Source of the DNA: Oscillospiraceae bacterium
GTDB lineage: Bacteria > Bacillota > Clostridia > Oscillospirales > Oscillospiraceae
Direction of reading: 5' to 3'
DNA: 64,000 bases
Assembly (NCBI GenBank): GCA_017416445.1
Contig: JAFQCJ010000019.1
Coordinates: 13,442 to 77,441 of the forward strand
A program made the translations under genes and the position numbers. Position 1 is the first letter of the stretch. Every line of letters begins with the position of its first letter. This document shows, one piece after another, positions 60,387-64,000 of this stretch. The notes below the pieces were generated by a model, which was not told where the DNA came from, did no database searches, and was given only the letters and a program-made list of their open reading frames with translations.

Positions 60387-61256
60387 TTACTCTTCCTTTG
60401 CCAACAGCACCACGCCGCCAAGGACACAGACGATGCCCAGCACCGTCCACACATTCAGCGTCTCGTGGAAAAACACGACACCCGTCAGCGCCGCCACCAC
60501 AGGCTCTACATTGGCAATAATGGAGGCCTTACCGCTCTCTACACCCTCAAGTCCCTTTGTGTAGAAGAGATAGGGCAACACTGTGGCAATCACCACCAGA
60601 CCTGCAATACCGATCCATGTGGTTCCAAGATGCAGCGAAGGCACAAGTTCGCCCCAATTGAGGAAGGCCAGCGAACCGAGACCTGCGAAGAAAAATGTCC
60701 AATAGATCATGGTGAGGCTGTCATAATGCTCCAGCCCGTAGTGGGCAAAGATGGTATAGGTAGCGTAGCAGAAGCCCGCACCGATACCCAACAGCAAACC
60801 GGTAACCGACACTGTCAGCGCGCCGCTCATAATGCCACTGACCAGCACACAACCGAAAAAGGACAGCACCAGGGCCACCACTTTTCTCTTCGTGATGGGC
60901 GCTTTCCAAAACAGCGCCGACATCAGCACCACAAAAGAGGGCGCAAGGTACAGCAAAATACCCGCCACCGCTAAAGAGCAGTGCATCTGACAGTTGAAAT
61001 ATGTTAGTGCCAAGCCCAATACACTGAGGAGCCCTGCCCCTATAAAGATGGGCAAATGCCGCAGCTTGATGCGGAACACACTGCGACGAAACAGTGCAAA
61101 CACCACCGTCAGCAGCACCAGACTTACAAAGTTACGGATGGTGACGCGATTCCACACGCTGACACCCACTTCTCCCAGCAGACGGTTAAATACCCCGATC
61201 AAACCCCAGCAGGCAGCGCCGAGGATCACATAGATATAGGCAAGTCGCTTACTCAT
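60387..61256 (-). CDS. EamA/DMT-family transporter
   Basis: About 10 TMs; LYLAPSFV and [10 protein letters not shown]. Confidence 0.9.
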   Translation of the reverse strand: MSKRLAYIYVILGAACWGLIGVFNRLLGEVGVSVWNRVTIRNFVSLVLLTVVFALFRRSVFRIKLRHLPIFIGAGLLSVLGLALTYFNCQMHCSLAVAGILLYLAPSFVVLMSALFWKAPITKRKVVALVLSFFGCVLVSGIMSGALTVSVTGLLLGIGAGFCYATYTIFAHYGLEHYDSLTMIYWTFFFAGLGSLAFLNWGELVPSLHLGTTWIGIAGLVVIATVLPYLFYTKGLEGVESGKASIIANVEPVVAALTGVVFFHETLNVWTVLGIVCVLGGVVLLAKEE

Positions 61257-63223
61257 TTCTCTGTCTCTTTTCGCAATTCTATGATCTGATCACGCAGCAG
61301 CGCGGCGTACTCGAACTCCAGCATCTTGGAGGCAGCCTTCATCTCCTTCTCCAATCGGGCGATGGTCTCCATCCGCTCGGCGCGGCTCAGTTTTTTCTTA
61401 CTCATGGCCGAGGCCTCCTCTGCCGTACGGCCGATCTCCACCATCTCGCGGACACTCTTGCGGATGGTGCGGGGCACGATGCCGTGGGCTTCGTTGAAAG
61501 CGTGCTGCAGCGTGCGGCGGCGCTCCGTCTCCTCCATAGCGCGGCGCATGGAGTCGGTAGTGGTATCGGCATAGAGGATCACCAGTCCTTCGGCGTTACG
61601 GGCAGCCCGTCCGATGGTCTGGATCAGGCTGGTCTCGCTGCGGAGGAAGCCCTCCTTATCGGCATCGAGGATAGCCACCAGCGACACCTCAGGCAGATCA
61701 AGGCCCTCACGCAGAAGATTGATGCCCACCAGCACATCGAATTCGCCGAGACGCAGATCGCGGATGATCTCCATACGCTCCAGTGCCGCCACATCCGAGT
61801 GCATATACCGCACACGGATACCGTTTTGGCGGAAATGCTCCGTCAAGTCCTCCGCCATACGCTTGGTGAGGGTGGTCACCAGTACCCGCTCGTTCCGTTG
61901 GGCACGCTGACGAATTTCGGCGGAAAGATCGTCGATCTGCCCCTCCACAGGCCGCACCTCCACCCGGGGATCCAGTAGACCTGTGGGACGAATGACCTGC
62001 TCCACCAGATTGTCGGCGCGGCTGCGTTCATACTCTCCGGGGGTAGCGGAGACATAGATGGCCTGTCCCACCCGCTGGTCAAACTCCTCAAACTTCAACG
62101 GGCGGTTATCAAAGGCACAGGGCAGGCGAAAACCGTAGCGCACCAGATTTTCCTTACGGGCACGGTCGCCGTTATACATGGCACGGACCTGAGGCAGGGT
62201 CACATGGCTCTCGTCCACCAACAGCAGAAAATCATCGGGAAAGAAATCCAGCAGCGTCATAGGCGGTGAACCCACAGGGCGATTACCGATAATACGGGAG
62301 TAGTTCTCAATGCCGGAGCAGTAACCCAGAGACTGCATCATCTCCATGTCATACTCTGTTCGCTGCCGTAGACGCTGGGCCTCCAGCAGCATATCGTTTT
62401 CCTCAAAATAGGCGAGGCGCTCCGCCAGTTCCTCCTTAATGACGGATATGGCGGCGTCCATCTTATCCTTAGGCGTCACATAGTGACTGGCAGGATACAC
62501 CGCTACATGGTGCAGAGTGCGGATGGCGCTGCCCGTTACAGGGTGGAACTCGGTGATGCGGTCGATCTCGTCGCCGAAAAACTCCACCCGGACGGCCTTA
62601 TCCTTATAGTAGGCAGGATAGATCTCCACCGTGTCTCCCCGGACCCGGAACATATTGCGGCCAAAGGCCACATCGTTGCGCTCATAGCGATCCTCTACCA
62701 GTCGGCGCAGCAGCTCATCCCGCTCCATCACCTGTCCGGGACGCAGAGAGATCATCATCTTCTGGAAATCCTCCGGCTCACCAAGGCCATAGATACAGCT
62801 GACCGAGGCCACTACTACCACATCTCGCCGCTCCAGAAGGGCACAGGTAGCACTGAGGCGGAGGCGGTCGATCTCCTCATTGGTAGAGGCATCTTTTTCG
62901 ATATAGGTGTCAGTGTGGGGAATATATGCCTCCGGCTGATAGTAGTCGTAGTAGGATACAAAGTATTCCACCGCGTTGTCGGGAAAAAACTCACGGAACT
63001 CCTCACACAGCTGGGCAGCCAGCGTCTTGTTGTGGGCCAGTACCAGCGTGGGACGCTGTACCGCCTCGATGACCTTGGCCATGGTGTAGGTCTTACCCGA
63101 GCCGGTAACGCCCATGAGCACCTGCTCCCGCAGGCCGTTCTCTACACCTTCTGCCAGCGCAGCAATAGCTTGGGGCTGATCGCCGGCGGGACGATATTCC
63201 GATACGACTTTAAACTCCGGCAT
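61253..63223 (-). CDS. uvrB: Excinuclease ABC subunit B
   Basis: [38 protein letters not shown]. Confidence 0.98.
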   Translation of the reverse strand: MPEFKVVSEYRPAGDQPQAIAALAEGVENGLREQVLMGVTGSGKTYTMAKVIEAVQRPTLVLAHNKTLAAQLCEEFREFFPDNAVEYFVSYYDYYQPEAYIPHTDTYIEKDASTNEEIDRLRLSATCALLERRDVVVVASVSCIYGLGEPEDFQKMMISLRPGQVMERDELLRRLVEDRYERNDVAFGRNMFRVRGDTVEIYPAYYKDKAVRVEFFGDEIDRITEFHPVTGSAIRTLHHVAVYPASHYVTPKDKMDAAISVIKEELAERLAYFEENDMLLEAQRLRQRTEYDMEMMQSLGYCSGIENYSRIIGNRPVGSPPMTLLDFFPDDFLLLVDESHVTLPQVRAMYNGDRARKENLVRYGFRLPCAFDNRPLKFEEFDQRVGQAIYVSATPGEYERSRADNLVEQVIRPTGLLDPRVEVRPVEGQIDDLSAEIRQRAQRNERVLVTTLTKRMAEDLTEHFRQNGIRVRYMHSDVAALERMEIIRDLRLGEFDVLVGINLLREGLDLPEVSLVAILDADKEGFLRSETSLIQTIGRAARNAEGLVILYADTTTDSMRRAMEETERRRTLQHAFNEAHGIVPRTIRKSVREMVEIGRTAEEASAMSKKKLSRAERMETIARLEKEMKAASKMLEFEYAALLRDQIIELRKETEK

Positions 63224-63241
63224 AGCCGCTCCTCTCTCTTC

Positions 63242-63910
63242 CTACAGCATGGAACTCTGTCCCATACTGACAAAATCATTGTCCGAGACGATAATATGGT
63301 CCATCAGCTCAATATCCATTGCCTGCAGTGCCGCTTTGACACGGCGGGTCACGATATAGTCACTCTCAGAAGGCAGGGCTACACCACTGATATGGTTGTG
63401 GGCCAGCACCACCATGGATGCATCGCTGAGCAACGCATTCTCCACTACCTGACGCACAGAGAACGCAGCACTGTCCGCATCGCCCTCTGAGAGTTTCTTG
63501 CAGACAAGAAGTTTTCCCTTGGCATCGAGGCAGGCTTGATAGAGCACTTCGCGCCTCTCGTTACCGAGCAGGTTGAGAAAATAGTTTCCGCAGCTTTCTA
63601 CACTGTTCAGGATCCTCTCCTTCACAGGAAGATGCATGGCCCGGCGCATAATAGACGGCAGCAATGTCAGCAGTAGTGCCGCCGACTCTCCTACTCCCTC
63701 TACCCGCTGCAGTTCCTCCACATCGGCGTTCAGTACGCCGTCGAGAGAACCGAACTTTTGCAGCAGCGCATGGGCGATAGGATTGGTATCACGGCGGGGA
63801 ATTGCGTAAAACAGCAGCAATTCCAGTGCCTCATGGTCGGCAAAACCGTCCAGCCCCACGCGGAGAAACTGCTCCTTTTTCCTTGCCCGATGCCCATCGT
63901 GAATGCCCAT
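63242..63910 (-). CDS. radC: RadC-family JAB-domain protein
   Basis: HDGHR, ELLLFYAIPRRDTN, HhH, LAHNHISG..PS.SD, DHIIV. Promoter TTGTGC-17-TATACT upstream. Confidence 0.93.
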   Translation of the reverse strand: MGIHDGHRARKKEQFLRVGLDGFADHEALELLLFYAIPRRDTNPIAHALLQKFGSLDGVLNADVEELQRVEGVGESAALLLTLLPSIMRRAMHLPVKERILNSVESCGNYFLNLLGNERREVLYQACLDAKGKLLVCKKLSEGDADSAAFSVRQVVENALLSDASMVVLAHNHISGVALPSESDYIVTRRVKAALQAMDIELMDHIIVSDNDFVSMGQSSML

Positions 63911-64000
63911 GTTCTCACTTCCCCTCCTGCGTTAATCCGATAATTTTGCAAGTATATAGTATACCATACTGCACCTTTCCGCACAAGGTATATTTTAACT

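Noticed and set aside
63242-63910. radC or traX as markers of a mobile element
   Set aside because: Full-length HhH+JAB chromosomal radC within housekeeping genes; no conjugation or recombinase genes.

Overview
A 64-kb, GC-rich core-chromosome segment from a spore-forming anaerobic Firmicute (Clostridia, Oscillospiraceae-like by gene content and promoter style; inference). It carries about 50 CDS, mostly on the minus strand: hppA, a GH2 glycosidase, an enoate-reductase plus two-subunit aconitase X operon, xpaC-telA-TPM, a TAXI-TRAP transporter, T-box-controlled thrS, an APC permease, an ECF sigma/anti-sigma pair, a divergent ychF, proS, glpK, a minimal sufCB pair, glgBCDAP, sporulation genes (yqfC/yqfD/ylbJ-like), phoH-ybeY, uvrC, nudC, era-recO-mutS2, ptsH, an mreB-like gene and a radC-uvrB-eamA-ybaK-uvrA-recD2-comF run. 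No rRNA, tRNA, CRISPR, transposase or integrase was seen. Three items stand out. (1) A compact three-gene operon pairs an FMN/FAD/4Fe-4S enoate reductase with aconitase X large and small subunits and has a Rex-like operator; it is a candidate CoA-independent dehydration-reduction pathway of unknown substrate. (2) A 2.05-kb integrase-free islet holding only an ECF sigma/anti-sigma pair is bounded by an exact 85-bp direct repeat of the ychF 3' end plus its terminator. (3) The ychF itself has lost the switch I motif, part of switch II and the catalytic His.
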